Source: Chrysochromulina tobinii (taxonomy: Eukaryota). Taken from it: a stretch of DNA of 35,774 nt. Position numbers and translations under genes: made by a program. The stretch covers positions 1 through 35,774 of the forward strand of contig JWZX01002598.1 of assembly GCA_001275005.1 (NCBI GenBank). The letters run 5' to 3'. The notes beneath the pieces were generated by a model, which ran no database searches, was not told the origin of the DNA, and saw only the letters and a program-made list of their open reading frames with translations. Below are positions 1-10,785 of this stretch, piece by piece; the first letter of the stretch is position 1, and each line of letters begins with the position of its first letter.

Positions 1-10
1 CGAAATGGAG

Positions 11-42
<32 letters not shown>

Positions 43-915
43 CGAGAGCGAGGGCGGCGGCGGCGGCGAGGAGGAGGTGGCGGCTCCGGCGGCTCCAAAC
101 TGGACCTCTCGAAGGTAGCATTGGAACATCGCCTGAGAATCTGTGTTGGCGTAAGACGTGATGACTACTTGCCAGCGAGATGCAGTCACTGGGCTGCTAA
201 AGGCGCCATAAGCAAACTCCCCATCGGGGACGGTTGTGAAGTCGGTGTTTGAGCCAGGAACGGTAACAAGTGTCCCTGAAGTGTCCGCATACTTGAGGTG
301 CACCTGCCCGAAGCGATAATGGGTGTTGCCTGCAACACGCCATCGAGAAAACGTGTAGCGAGCACCCATCTCAATAGTGTAGGTATATGGCAATGGTTGG
401 TAGTTCGGTCCAGCAAAGTCGATGGAATTTCCCAGCGGGTTCGAGGTTGTGCCATCAAAGGGAGCCGTGATCGTGCAAAGGTTATAGGAGCACGCATAGG
501 ACACGAGTGGCGAATGCTGTGGTACGGTCCAGCTCGAGCCAGCCCCAGAATAATATGTGATTCCGTTGACAGTGCTTACGGAATGGAGGGATGCCGTGGT
601 GCCCGTAGATGAGGAGGTTCCGGCTGTGGGCGGCGGCGGCGAGCTCTGGCTACGAGGGCCACAATCGTAGCAGTCGGTGCCCAAGCTGCAGATGTTGTAC
701 TCATTTCCGGGGCCGCCATCGTCGCAATCACCGTCATAGGCATAATTGCACGTGTTCGTGCATTGTCCCACCGTGCCGCTCAGCTGGAGGAGGAGGAGAG
801 CAAATGTGAGCATCGAGTGGCGGAGTGAACCAACACGGATCGCACTCAACAGCTTGCGTGCGAGGCCCTTGGCCGGCGTGGCCGGAACGTTAGTAGGTGC
901 GAGTGATGTCATCAT
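1..915 (-). CDS. Secreted/surface protein, 3'-partial: signal peptide, Cys-rich CDDGGP module, discoidin/galactose-binding-like domain, poly-Pro linker
   Basis: Hand translation gives an uninterrupted frame from ATG 915 (or ATG 813, MLTFALLLLQLSGTVGQ signal peptide) to the window edge, so it is missing from the ORF track. Contains CTNTCNYAYDGDCDDGGPGNEYNICSLGTDCYDCGPR, then a beta-rich segment ending SRWQVVITS...CYLREVQF, then PPPPSLSPPPP. Confidence 0.8.
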
Positions 916-1175
916 TCGTATCTGCGCGAGGGGCGCGCGCGCGTGAGTGTGGTCAGCAAGTGCCCACGGGCTTGGATCGGAGAGAAAGACGAGTGCATTT
1001 TACATTGGTTCGCATATCGCTCGCTTTGTCCCCGCGTCGCTCGCTTTTTGCTGAAGTTTCATACATGTAACTGACCCCTGCAAGCCTCGGAACACTGGGC
1101 TAGTGTGCAGGGTCGTCGCGGAGCCAAAGGTTTCACGGAGCCTTCTACCTTCACAGAACGGGGTGTGCACGAGAA

Positions 1176-2243
1176 ATGCGCTCGCCATCCGAATGCGCGA
1201 AGAATAACACCGTCATCGCGACCATCCTGCGTCCGGGCGCTCTGCCGTCCCTCATGCCCCTCGCAGAGTCGGCCGCTGCTGCGGGTTTCCCGTGCGTGGT
1301 CGTTCAGCCCATGGTGGAGACGTCAACAAGTAGCCCGCTGGTCCATCTGTTGCCTCTTGTGCATCCGCCGCCTCTGCCGCATTCGCGCTGGTGCAACCAA
1401 AGCAACGTTAAGGTGCATGCCGAGTACTGGTCGCGCCGTAGCCAGCTTTTGCGCGCGCGCACGTGGCGATTGCTGCTGGACGCAGGCCTCAATGTTCTCG
1501 GCCTCGACTCTTCACGCAGGCTGAAACGTGATCCGTTGCCTGCATTCGGCGCGCTCCGCACGCGTGCCGATGTGCAGTACGGAGCAGGGGCGGCGCCGGA
1601 CATGATTTCGACGACCCCGGGCTGGTTTTTGAAGCAGGTGGGGTTTCCCATGGGCGTGTGGATCCGCTCGACGCGGGCGACGCGGGCGCTGCTGGCACGC
1701 ACGGAGATACGTGTGAATGGGTGCTCGGATGAGACCCTCTTCACCGAGGAGCTCAATTGGGGTGCCGGGGCCAACGCGACGTGCTGCCACGCGGAGTGCA
1801 TGGCCAAGCTCACGGGCAGCGAGCCAGTGGTGCGCTCGTACGTTCCCCAGACTACCGAGGCCACCTGTGCAGAGGACGGGACAGTGCCTCTCGCTCCGGG
1901 GCCTCCGAAGGCGAGCCGCAACGGTTGGGCCGACTCGCGCGCTCACAATGGGTCTGGGATAAAGCGGTACGGCACAACGCGCGCTGGACTGCCGCTTTAT
2001 CAGCGAGCGTGGAGGGAGGACGCGTATAACACGCTTGCGATTCCCCTGCACAAATTCGGACGCTGCACGGGTCGCGATGCGTCGTGCGTGGGCTTGCATC
2101 CCGACTGTCCGCCGCCGCCGCCGCCGTTCACCAAGGAGATGGCCGTCGCGGGCCGCCGCAAGGAGGCCGAGGCTGCGCGTCTGCGTGGCATCCGCCACCG
2201 CGCCGAGAGGTTGGCTAAGTCGGCCAAGAAGGGGAAGCGATGA
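1176..2243 (+). CDS. Nucleotide-diphospho-sugar transferase-like protein (divergent)
   Basis: 355-aa ORF. RLLLDAGLNVLGLDSSRRLKRDPLPAF and GVWIRST resemble the GT77/Nucleotid_trans core (..GynVL.sDxD..w.rdP), but the DxD motif is degenerate. Confidence 0.5.
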   Translation: MRSPSECAKNNTVIATILRPGALPSLMPLAESAAAAGFPCVVVQPMVETSTSSPLVHLLPLVHPPPLPHSRWCNQSNVKVHAEYWSRRSQLLRARTWRLLLDAGLNVLGLDSSRRLKRDPLPAFGALRTRADVQYGAGAAPDMISTTPGWFLKQVGFPMGVWIRSTRATRALLARTEIRVNGCSDETLFTEELNWGAGANATCCHAECMAKLTGSEPVVRSYVPQTTEATCAEDGTVPLAPGPPKASRNGWADSRAHNGSGIKRYGTTRAGLPLYQRAWREDAYNTLAIPLHKFGRCTGRDASCVGLHPDCPPPPPPFTKEMAVAGRRKEAEAARLRGIRHRAERLAKSAKKGKR

Positions 2244-2373
2244 TGGGCGTCGTGCGTATAGCCGTGCGGGGGGGACGTAAGAGGTTTATCAGTGGGGCGC
2301 ATGGAAAATTCGGGCGTCGTGCTGAGCGGTAACGAAACATCGTTCCACTCTCTTTGGACAAGCGCCCGACGCC

Positions 2374-3087
2374 ATGCCTGGCAGCGCGCCCCGCTTGGAC
2401 AAGTACGAGCGGCCGCCGCATGGGCAGTTGACGTTGGAGCAATTTGCCTTAGCGCGGGCGCGCCGAGGCAAGGGCGCCTCCGTCTCTGGTTTGACCTTCC
2501 CACCCCTCACCAAGAACTGGACCTGCAAGTCGGAGGCGTCTTGGCCGGGGGCCGAGTATACGCGCCGCACCCGGCTGAAAAATAAGCTGGACCCTTCGTG
2601 GCAGCTCTCAAAAGCCTTCGAGGAAGAAGTGAAGGAGCTGCTGGGCGACACGTTCAAAGACTGGGAGGACTCGATGAAGCCCACCATTAGCTCCGTGCAC
2701 CGTGGCCAGCCTCCGAGTGAGTCAGGCAACCGGCCCATCCAGCCCAGCTACGTTCTACGCCGCGCCGAGCCCGTCGACGATCTCGGTCAGCCCCTGCCTG
2801 TTGATCTCAAGAGCACGACGATGTCATGTCAGGGATACATCTCCAAGTACCGCTCCAACGAGACGTCGTATACTAAATTTGGGCCGGTGCCTGCGTACCT
2901 TTTCGAAGACTTCGAGGGCCCAGGATTCACGATGGACAAGTGGTTTGAGACGTACGGGCGACCCACCCCAGGTTCGATCAACCTGGGCCCGAAACAGCTG
3001 TACACACACTACCAGAACTCGAGCAAGCGCTGCTGCGGCGAGAGATCGCTGCAGCAGCGCATGATAAAGGGCGTGATCACGAATTGA
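2374..3087 (+). CDS. Hypothetical protein, 237 aa
   Basis: ATG-initiated ORF with GC3-biased codons and normal amino-acid composition, unlike the Arg/Ala-rich shadow ORFs. No recognised domain. Confidence 0.65.
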   Translation: MPGSAPRLDKYERPPHGQLTLEQFALARARRGKGASVSGLTFPPLTKNWTCKSEASWPGAEYTRRTRLKNKLDPSWQLSKAFEEEVKELLGDTFKDWEDSMKPTISSVHRGQPPSESGNRPIQPSYVLRRAEPVDDLGQPLPVDLKSTTMSCQGYISKYRSNETSYTKFGPVPAYLFEDFEGPGFTMDKWFETYGRPTPGSINLGPKQLYTHYQNSSKRCCGERSLQQRMIKGVITN

Positions 3088-3955
3088 TGGCTTGAGCAGG
3101 TGGTATGGGCGGTGACGGCTGAGACTGGACCGAAGCATGGCGCACGAGCCTGCGTAGCAGCGAGCACCCCACGATCTTTTGCGCCATTCTCCGCAGAACC
3201 CGCAAAGCTGTACGGCGTGCAGGCAGCACCCTTCCCTGCAGACATATATCGTATAACGTGCGGCGCTCCTACAACCCGCGCTACCGCGTACACGTATTTC
3301 CTAAGGTTTTCATCGTATGATACAATTGAGGTCCACATCACGGTACGCGGTATGGTACGGTATGACAGGCTCCCTGCGTGCGTCTAAAATCTGTATAGCC
3401 TTTTACCGCCGGCCACCCGGGCGCCGGGGCCCCGCCGCCGCGCCGTCCGCGGTAGGCCGGTACCGCCCGCCGGCGCGCACAGTCACCGCCCACGCGCACA
3501 GTGCCAGTGACCGCGCACAGCACACTCACATGATGACGCGATACGGGATACTTACGCCCACCGTGTGCCGCGCAGGCTGGACGCTGCTGGTGCGTGCATG
3601 GGCTCCACCCTCCATATGCTCTCACGTCTCAGGGCCCTATCAGGGCTCAACTCTCACTCTCACGTCTCAGGGACTTAGGCACACGATCGAGGATGCAGAA
3701 TCGTGCGACGAAGTCGACTGATGGCGATCGACGTGCAGGATGAAACGGTCCCCCGCGCCCCGTGGCCATGAGTGTGCTCGTGTCTCCATAGTACGGTACG
3801 CTCTGATTTTGCTCTGGGCATGTGATGGCAGAGTTTGCAGCGCGGTGAGCGCGTTGCAGCTTGAACCGACCACCGTGCAAAGTGCAGAGCGTGCTCGCGT
3901 TGCCACCGGGGATTTCTTAAAGGGGACAAGAACGGAGCCTCGAATCTTGCTGGCC

Positions 3956-5243
3956 TCAAGTCCGATATTGCTGGTTTTGTTGCTCGAGCCTCTGATACTG
4001 CGATTGCAGATACTTGAAACGGGCAGCAGTTTCGTGCATCTCGCGCTGCAGCGTCATCGCGAGATCTGCTGTCGGGTGACTTTCGATTGTTGGCGGCTTC
4101 GATGCCGGCGGCTTCGCTATCGGCCGAGGAGGTGGTTGAGGAGGTGGTTGGGAAGATGGCGCCTTGGCTTTGGGCGGTGGCGGAGGTGCCGATGACACCG
4201 ACTCTGAATCAGAATCGCTGCCAGGTTTTGGCGCTGCCGCGCTGGTGGGAACGGGTTCGTCCTTGCCCAAGAAGCGACCCGATGGCCCACGTGGGCGCCT
4301 GGACGCGTGATCTTGCCGCGAGGGGTGATGCAGCTGCGGTACGTAGCCTCTCTCCACGCGTCTCACCATGAGCTTCATCTTCCATTCGCGCCTCTGCTCG
4401 ATCCGTTTGCGCTGCTTGTCGTTGGTGATGACGGCCCACTTCCGAGGTGGATATGCCGTGTGAACGATACACTCTTTGGTGACCACTCTTACCAACTCGT
4501 CGACCAAAGGGTCCTGCGCCCACTCCTCCTCGTAATGCTCCTCAAGGCGCCGCTTGCTGCGGGATTGCGATAGTGGGGGCTCCTTGAGCGTATTTGGAGG
4601 CGCGTCAGATGCCCCACGAGGGACGTGGACCCTGAAGGATGCTTGCTCGTCGAATGGCTGCGACGGGAAGCTGTAGGCTGGTTGGCCATCAATGTAAGCT
4701 TCTGAATGTGCCTTTTGACCGAAGGGTCGGCCTCCAGGCATCGTTGCCGCTGGCGGTGGCATTGGGGCTGGTCTGCTGCCGGGACCAGCCCACGTACGTG
4801 CGTTAGGCGGCACCTTGGCGGATACACGCTGCGATGCCATCGATGGATGGTACGTATGGCCCACATGCAGCAGACGATCCGCAGGTGGAGGCACCTTGTG
4901 CAGACGCTCGTGCAGCCGCAAGAGCTGTCGCTGCACCTGGCCTGATGTTTCGGACGTGCGATCATTATCGTGCGTGCCCAGGTTCCCTGGCAGAGTCTCC
5001 GACGGCAGCCCAATGTCCTCGCACATCATCTGCGAGCGCCGTCGCGCATGCACACGGGAGGGGATGGGACAGGTCAGTTCCGGCCAACGGAGCCCGAGCC
5101 CTACGGGTTCTGGCTTCTGGGTGAGGCTGAACATGCTGTCGAGACTGGCTCGACGGCGAGTTAGTCTGACGCAATGGGAAGGGCTTTTGTCCTCGGGATG
5201 GCTGCGCACGCACCAGGAGCTCTTCGTTGGCGTGGAGGGCCAT
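3956..5243 (-). CDS. NFYA: Divergent NF-YA (CBF-B/HAP2)-like CCAAT-binding transcription factor; 5' exon structure uncertain
   Basis: TNDKQRKRIEQRREWKMKL...LHHPSRQDHASRRPRGPSGRFL (~4268-4430) matches the NF-YA core VNAKQYxRIxxRR...YLHESRHxHAxxRxRGxGGRF. C-terminal coiled coil. Upstream of ~4840 there are splice-like signals, so the start may be ATG 5243 (spliced) or 4840. Confidence 0.7.
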
Positions 5244-5943
5244 TTCCTGCTCGATCGTCTCAATAATAGCTCGATGGTCGGGTGTGCGGGAAGCCACAGA
5301 TCTTCGGGTCGCTGAAGGATGGTGGCGAGTCGCGCGGCAGGCTTACGGAATTCGGAATTCGTCACATAGTAATCTTAATGACATTTTCCGAGATCGTCCT
5401 GGACGCGCGCAAATCTCAAAACCATACCACACTCTCCCCTGGATGCCGGGGAAGAAAGGTAGAAAAAGGGGGGACCGTCACAGCTCACAGGGACACTCTC
5501 ACACTCAGGCCTAGCTTGAGGCCTAGAAGCTACAAAATTGCGAAATTGGCCCCGCGCGTGCAGCGCCCGGCGCGGCGCCCCCGCGTCCGCGCGCGGTTCG
5601 TTCCATGACCCCATGCATGACCCCCCATGAACCTAGGGAGCCAGCTACGGAGCGACGAAGTTACAGTAAACGAAGGATTCGAAAACCTGGTCGTGCGTTA
5701 TACCCCTTCCCCCCTGGCCGGGCTACTGATGGCTCCGCTGTCTGTCTCTTCACGCGGTGGTTCACGGCCGCTTAACCGTTGGGGTCAAGCGGCAGGAAAT
5801 TCCTTCGGGAACAAATCGGTGTGAAGATGCGCCTTATCAAGGACGCGCTAAGGCGACCGGGCGGGGCTAAGCTATAAGCGGCCCGGCCCGGCGGCTGATC
5901 GAGTATGGCTGTGATAATAGGGGGTCCGGGGGTCCCCGAGCTA

Positions 5944-8914
5944 ATGGTAACCGCATCCGTATGTACGCCGGTCCGGTGTCTTGGGCTGAGGCGGCGCGCA
6001 TCCTCCGGCTTTTCGCTCTTTGCCAGAGGATTGACGCCTCGCGGCATCGCGCTCGGCCATCTCATCGACCTGTACACAAACCCGACGTTGCTCGACCTGC
6101 CCGATCGACAGCGGCTCGCACTTGTGCTCATCGAGCAGGTTAGCCTACATCCCGCAAAGTCGGCCATCGAGCCGGGGCTAGCCGACCTGCGCGCAGCGAT
6201 CGCGCCACTGCCAGCCTGCCTGTGGGAGGAGTTTCAGTTGAAACTGATTGGGCTGACCGAGCCGGATGACCTTTGGGACCTCATGGAAACTCTCTTGGCG
6301 CTGCTTCAACCGCCGCTCATCGAGCCACACGAGATCGAGGGCCCCTTTACCATCGACCGCTCTTCGCTGCTTGGGCTGTACGTTCGGCGCATCCACCTAG
6401 CGTTCCGTGAAACTACCTTTGAGGAGCTGTGCACCCTCGTGACGCACTTTGGCCAGTGGGTCACCGCCGCGAACGCGCCCGAGGCATCGGAGGAGCCCGC
6501 AGTCGACGATGCGGTGGCGGCGGCAGCCCCTCCGCCATGGCAGTATTTGCTGCCCGCGTCGCAGCTGGAACAGCACGTGCACCAGCTGGTGCGGCTCGTG
6601 GAGGAGGGCCTGAGCGAGCTGCCGGCGGGCAGCTTGCCGCTCAAGCGCCAGGTGCAGCAGCTGCTGCTACTCGCGCCCAACGTGCCGCAGGTCCATTACC
6701 TCGATCTGCTCTGCCACCTCCAAGACAAGGCTTACGAAGACGCACTCGGGGCATTCCATCGGTACTTCGATAAGGTGCGCGCGGCGTCATCGGGTGCCGG
6801 CGCCGGCGGCGGCGCTGCCGCTGGCGCGCCCGCGCTGAGCCGCGACAGCACGCGTGCTCCGATCCAATGGGCCAGCCTCAATCTGGCTCGACTGCAGCTT
6901 GTGTTCGCGCATAAGGAGCACGCGCTCGCGGCGATCCAGGAGGCGGTGCGCTCGGCGCAGCAGCACGAGGATAACGTGTGCCTCGCGTACGCGCTGCTCT
7001 GGATGTACGAGGCCCACGCGAGTCCAGGGACCGCCGGTCCGCCCAGGACGTTATATGAGGAGTATGCGGCGGCCGAGGCAGCCGCAGAGGCGGCACGCGC
7101 GAAGCAGCAGCAGCCGGCGGGCGCGGCGGGCGCGGCGGGCGCGGCGGGCACAGCGGGCGCGGCGGGCGCGGCGGGGATGGCTGCGGGCGCGAGCGCGCAC
7201 CAGTCTTGGCCAACTGCTACGCCCCTCTCGAGCGCCGCCTCTGCCTCAAAGCAGCGTGCGCTACTCGAGCGCTGCCTCGCGCGTGCCCACGAGCTCGGGC
7301 TGCCCGAGCTCGTGGCGCTCGCTTCACAATCCCTGGCGCTGCGCGACATCGATGCGGTGGCACAGGCGCGCTTCGGAGCGCCGCTGGAACCGGTGACGCC
7401 CACGTCGGCGGCGCCGGAGCCAGTCGTCAACTTCGGGCGCGTGCCATGCTTGCCACCTGTGCCCCTCGCGTTGCCAGGTGCGCTGATTGCCATTGATTGC
7501 ATCTGATTGCCGCTGATTGCCTTTGATTGCCGTTGATTGCCGCCACCTGCGCCCCTCGCGTTGCCAGGTGCGCTGCCCTCGCTCGCGTCAGCGCAGCCGC
7601 CACCCCTGCACGTGTGGGCGGCGCTGCGCTGCGGCGCCGAGGGGTGCGGCGGCGCGTCGCAGCTCGTGCGAGCGTGCGCCTGGGAGCACTTCGGCGACAC
7701 ACGCCTCGCGGGGCTCGCAGCTTCGCTCCAGCTTCGCTTCCACAAGCCCGCGAGCCTCAGCGGGCGCGCCGTGGCGGCGCTGCCGCCGCCCGCGCCACCC
7801 TCGGCCGTGTTGGCGGCGGGCGCGCCGGCCGACGGTGCGCCCGCGCCTCAGCGGCCTCTGATCGTCGGCATCGACCTTTCACGCCCGACGCAGACCGACC
7901 GTGTGCTCGCCGCATGTAAGCTGGCCGTGCTCGCTTTCGGTCCTAAAGGCGAAGAGGGCGCACTGCAGATGCTCGTGCAGCTCCGTCCCCACTGCGCCGC
8001 GCCGCCGCTGTTCGCCCTCTGGCGGCAGCACACGCTCGAGGTGCTCGTGCGTGGCGCCGTGCTACGTGGCGAGCAGCGGCGCGCCTCGGAGTTCCTCGCG
8101 CTCCAGAAGAAGGAGGTGGCCGCTCAGCACGGCGCCTCGGACGTGACCTGGGCCGCTGAGCTCGAACTCCTCATCCAGCAGGGTGAGAACTTTCAGGCGA
8201 TCTGCAAGGCGGCTGACCTCGAGAAGACGCGCCCGCTGGGCAAGGCGGGTGGGCTCGCTTGCCCGCGCGCCACGATCAAGCTCGCCATGGCGAAGGCGCA
8301 TGCCCTCGGCGGCGATCCCCTCAATGCCATGCCTCACGCCCTCACGGCCATCGCGCTCGCCGAGCAGGCGTCGCTGCAGTCCGTGTACGCCTCGGCGGCG
8401 CTCCAGCTCGCTGGAGGTGCAGCTCGAGCTCGATCCGCCGCGCGCGCTCGCCCTGCTGCACAAGGTGCGCCCACAGGTGATGCGCAACGGCTCCACCTAC
8501 CAGGCGGCGCAGCTCCAGGCACTCACCGCGCACTGCCGGCTCGCGCAGCTGCCGGACTTTAACGCGACGACGCCGCCGCAGCTGCAGCCGCTGCGCACCC
8601 ACATCCTACCGGCCATTCGAGACGCTCTCAACGGGTTCGTCAAGCTGCGCTGCCACAACGAGGTGGCGCAGCTCCTGTACCTTCGTGCTCGCATCTGGAA
8701 CTCTCTCACAGACGTGGAGGCCGACGCCCTCGACCAGCGCGACCGTGACGCCGAGCTCTTCTGCCGCGCCGAGGAGGAGGCGAAGCGGGCGGCCATGCGG
8801 CCCTCGGGTGCCGTCTTCGAGTACGCGGAGCCCGGCGTGCTCGAGGCGCACCTGCAGAGGCTCAAGGAGCTCGACGCCGAGGCGGCCACCCTCTATGCAT
8901 CGGCCAGCACTTGA
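5944..8914 (+). CDS. APC5: Anaphase-promoting complex subunit 5 (intron 7478-7567; apparent 1-nt insertion near 8413; start uncertain)
   Basis: Motifs SLLGLYVRRIHLAF, HYLDLLCHLQDKAYEDALGAFHRYFD and IQWASLNLARLQLVFAHKEHALAAIQEAVRSAQQHEDNVCLAYALLW are typical of Apc5. ORFs 5905-7506, 7537-8562 and 8183-8914 join via a 90-nt GT-AG intron and removal of one G at 8413. Confidence 0.88.
7115..7175 (+). repeat. 9-bp coding tandem repeat (GCGGGCGCG)n encoding AGA repeats in APC5
   Basis: About 6-7 tandem copies visible, encoding PAGAAGAAGAAGTAGAAGAAG. Confidence 0.85.
7452..7575 (+). repeat. 34-bp direct repeats (7452-7485, 7542-7575) enclosing six copies of a 10-bp TGATTGCNNN satellite; forms intron 7478-7567
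   Basis: gccacctg(t/c)gcccctcgcgttgccaggtgcgctg occurs twice with one mismatch. Units between: tgattgccat, tgattgcatc, tgattgccgc, tgattgcctt, tgattgccgt, tgattgccgc. Confidence 0.92.
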
Positions 8915-9424
8915 TGGGCGTCGTGATGGGCGGCCTCGCTCCAGGCAGCCCGTGGCCGCGCATGCGTTCCGTACGACGGCCCGAGCGTGCAGGAGTGTGG
9001 CCGTGCGGGGACGATGGCCGGGCCGTTAACGGGGCCGGGCTTGACTGTCGAACCGCCGAACGCCCCGTGGGCCGCACGACAACAGGAACACGCACGCACT
9101 CACACACATTCATACCCACTGCCCGAAATGGGATCTGATTGCAATATCTATGGCTCGAATAACGAGAACGCGGCGGCTGCCTCTGGGGGTTGTAGCGAGT
9201 GAGCGAGCGGATTCAGAGAGCGAAGAGTGACGAGAAGAGGGCATCGCCTGGGCGCGGCGTGCCCCGTTGCGAGATGAGTCGACGACCGCCCACCTGAAAC
9301 TCATCCACCTGTGTGTTTCGTCGCACCAGCGCGGGGGGACCGCGACGAAACTGTCTGACTAACGCACCAGCAGTTCTGTGTTCACAAGAAAGCCCCCCAG
9401 GGGACGGACAACGGCTTCAAAAAC

Positions 9425-9985
9425 ATGCCGGAAGTGCGAGTCCCGCTCCAGCCGGTGCAGGCGGCGGCGCGCCTCAAGATCATCAGCCTCGGCGAACCGA
9501 GTGTGGGCAAGTCGTGCTTGATCAAGCGCTACTGCGAGGAGAAGTTTGTGTCAAAGCACGTCGCGACCATCGGCATCGACTTTGGCGTCAAGCCTGTGGT
9601 TGTCGAGGGCTACGGCGACGTGCGCGTAAACTTCTTTGACTTTGCCGGCGGACCCGAATACTTCGAAATACGCAACGAATTCTACAAGGACGCGCAGGGT
9701 GCGCTGCTCGTCTTCGACCTCGCCTCGAAGGCGACTCTCGACGCGCTGGACAAGTGGCTGAAAGAGGCCGAAGAGTTTGGCATGCGCACGGCAGCGCTCG
9801 TGCTCTGCGGCAATAAGTGCGACAACAAGAAGCACGAGGTGACCGAGGCGGAGGCTCGACGCTGGGCTGGTTCGCACGGCGGCATGCCCTACTTCGAAAC
9901 ATCCGCCAAAGACGGCGATAATGTGAGCAAAGCCTTTGATCAGCTCTACAAGCTCGCCGTCCTGCCAGGAAAGGGGTGCGGCTGA
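9425..9985 (+). CDS. RJL: RJL-family Ras-like small GTPase (DNAJC27/RBJ-related, no J domain)
   Basis: KIISLGEPSVGKSCLIKRYCEEKFVSK..TIGIDFGV, VNFFDFAGG, EIRNEFYKDAQG, NKCD and FETSAK match the DNAJC27 GTPase domain. Intronless, 186 aa. Confidence 0.9.
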   Translation: MPEVRVPLQPVQAAARLKIISLGEPSVGKSCLIKRYCEEKFVSKHVATIGIDFGVKPVVVEGYGDVRVNFFDFAGGPEYFEIRNEFYKDAQGALLVFDLASKATLDALDKWLKEAEEFGMRTAALVLCGNKCDNKKHEVTEAEARRWAGSHGGMPYFETSAKDGDNVSKAFDQLYKLAVLPGKGCG

Positions 9986-10785
9986 ACATCCTCGATCACA
10001 GTGGGTTGGGTAGGCCTTAGGACTCCTTAGATGCGGTGATGAAAGAGAAACATCTGATCGACGCACCAGGAAAGCACTTCGCGGTTCGCGCGCCCACGGC
10101 CGCGGGGGGGCGCGGGGCCGAATAGTTACTCCCGAACCCCCACCATATGGCTCTCACGAGACTCATCCACGATCTTCGACGATCCCGCCACGATGTGTGT
10201 GATCGCCGCAATTTGCGATTTTCCCCCTGTTCACATGAACGACCCCCTGTTCACTGTACCCGGTACGCGCGGCGCGCCCGCTTCGCGCTCAACGTGCGTC
10301 GGTGCGATCGCTGCTCGCGCACACCGTGCCGCCTTTGCACACACGGAATCGACCGAGACCGCTCAGGTGCGTTCCTCCATGTGCCCCGCGGGCACTCCTG
10401 CATCTCCGTAGGGCGCACACATGCGTCTCCCTTTCTCTCTCACGACTGTTGGTTTTTCCGCAGTCGCGCGCCGCCAACCAATCCGCCTCCTTCCCCTCTC
10501 CACTCCCGGGCGCGCTTTACAGCCACGTGACTGCCCAATCCAGAGACCTTGAGCTGGGCTGCTTCTCTCGAGGGCATGCGACTCTCCGTTTGCGATGAGA
10601 GCTTCGGAGCCACACGCCGCACGCGAGTCCCCTCATCCTTGCGGCACGCTGTAGGCTGTGCATTTCTACGCCGAGACACGTCAAGCGCCCTTCAAGCTTG
10701 CAGCCGCCTTGTGGTCCCATATCTCCATGCTGCCGAATGCACGCATGCAGCCTATAAGCCTCTCTTCTTCTCTCTTGTTCGCAGG

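Noticed and set aside
5665..5695. ggttttcgaatcc (minus strand) resembling a tRNA T-arm
   Set aside because: No cloverleaf or acceptor stem can be formed around it.
10036..10060. GTGATGA...CTGA resembling snoRNA C/D boxes
   Set aside because: Boxes are only ~12 nt apart, too short for a C/D snoRNA.
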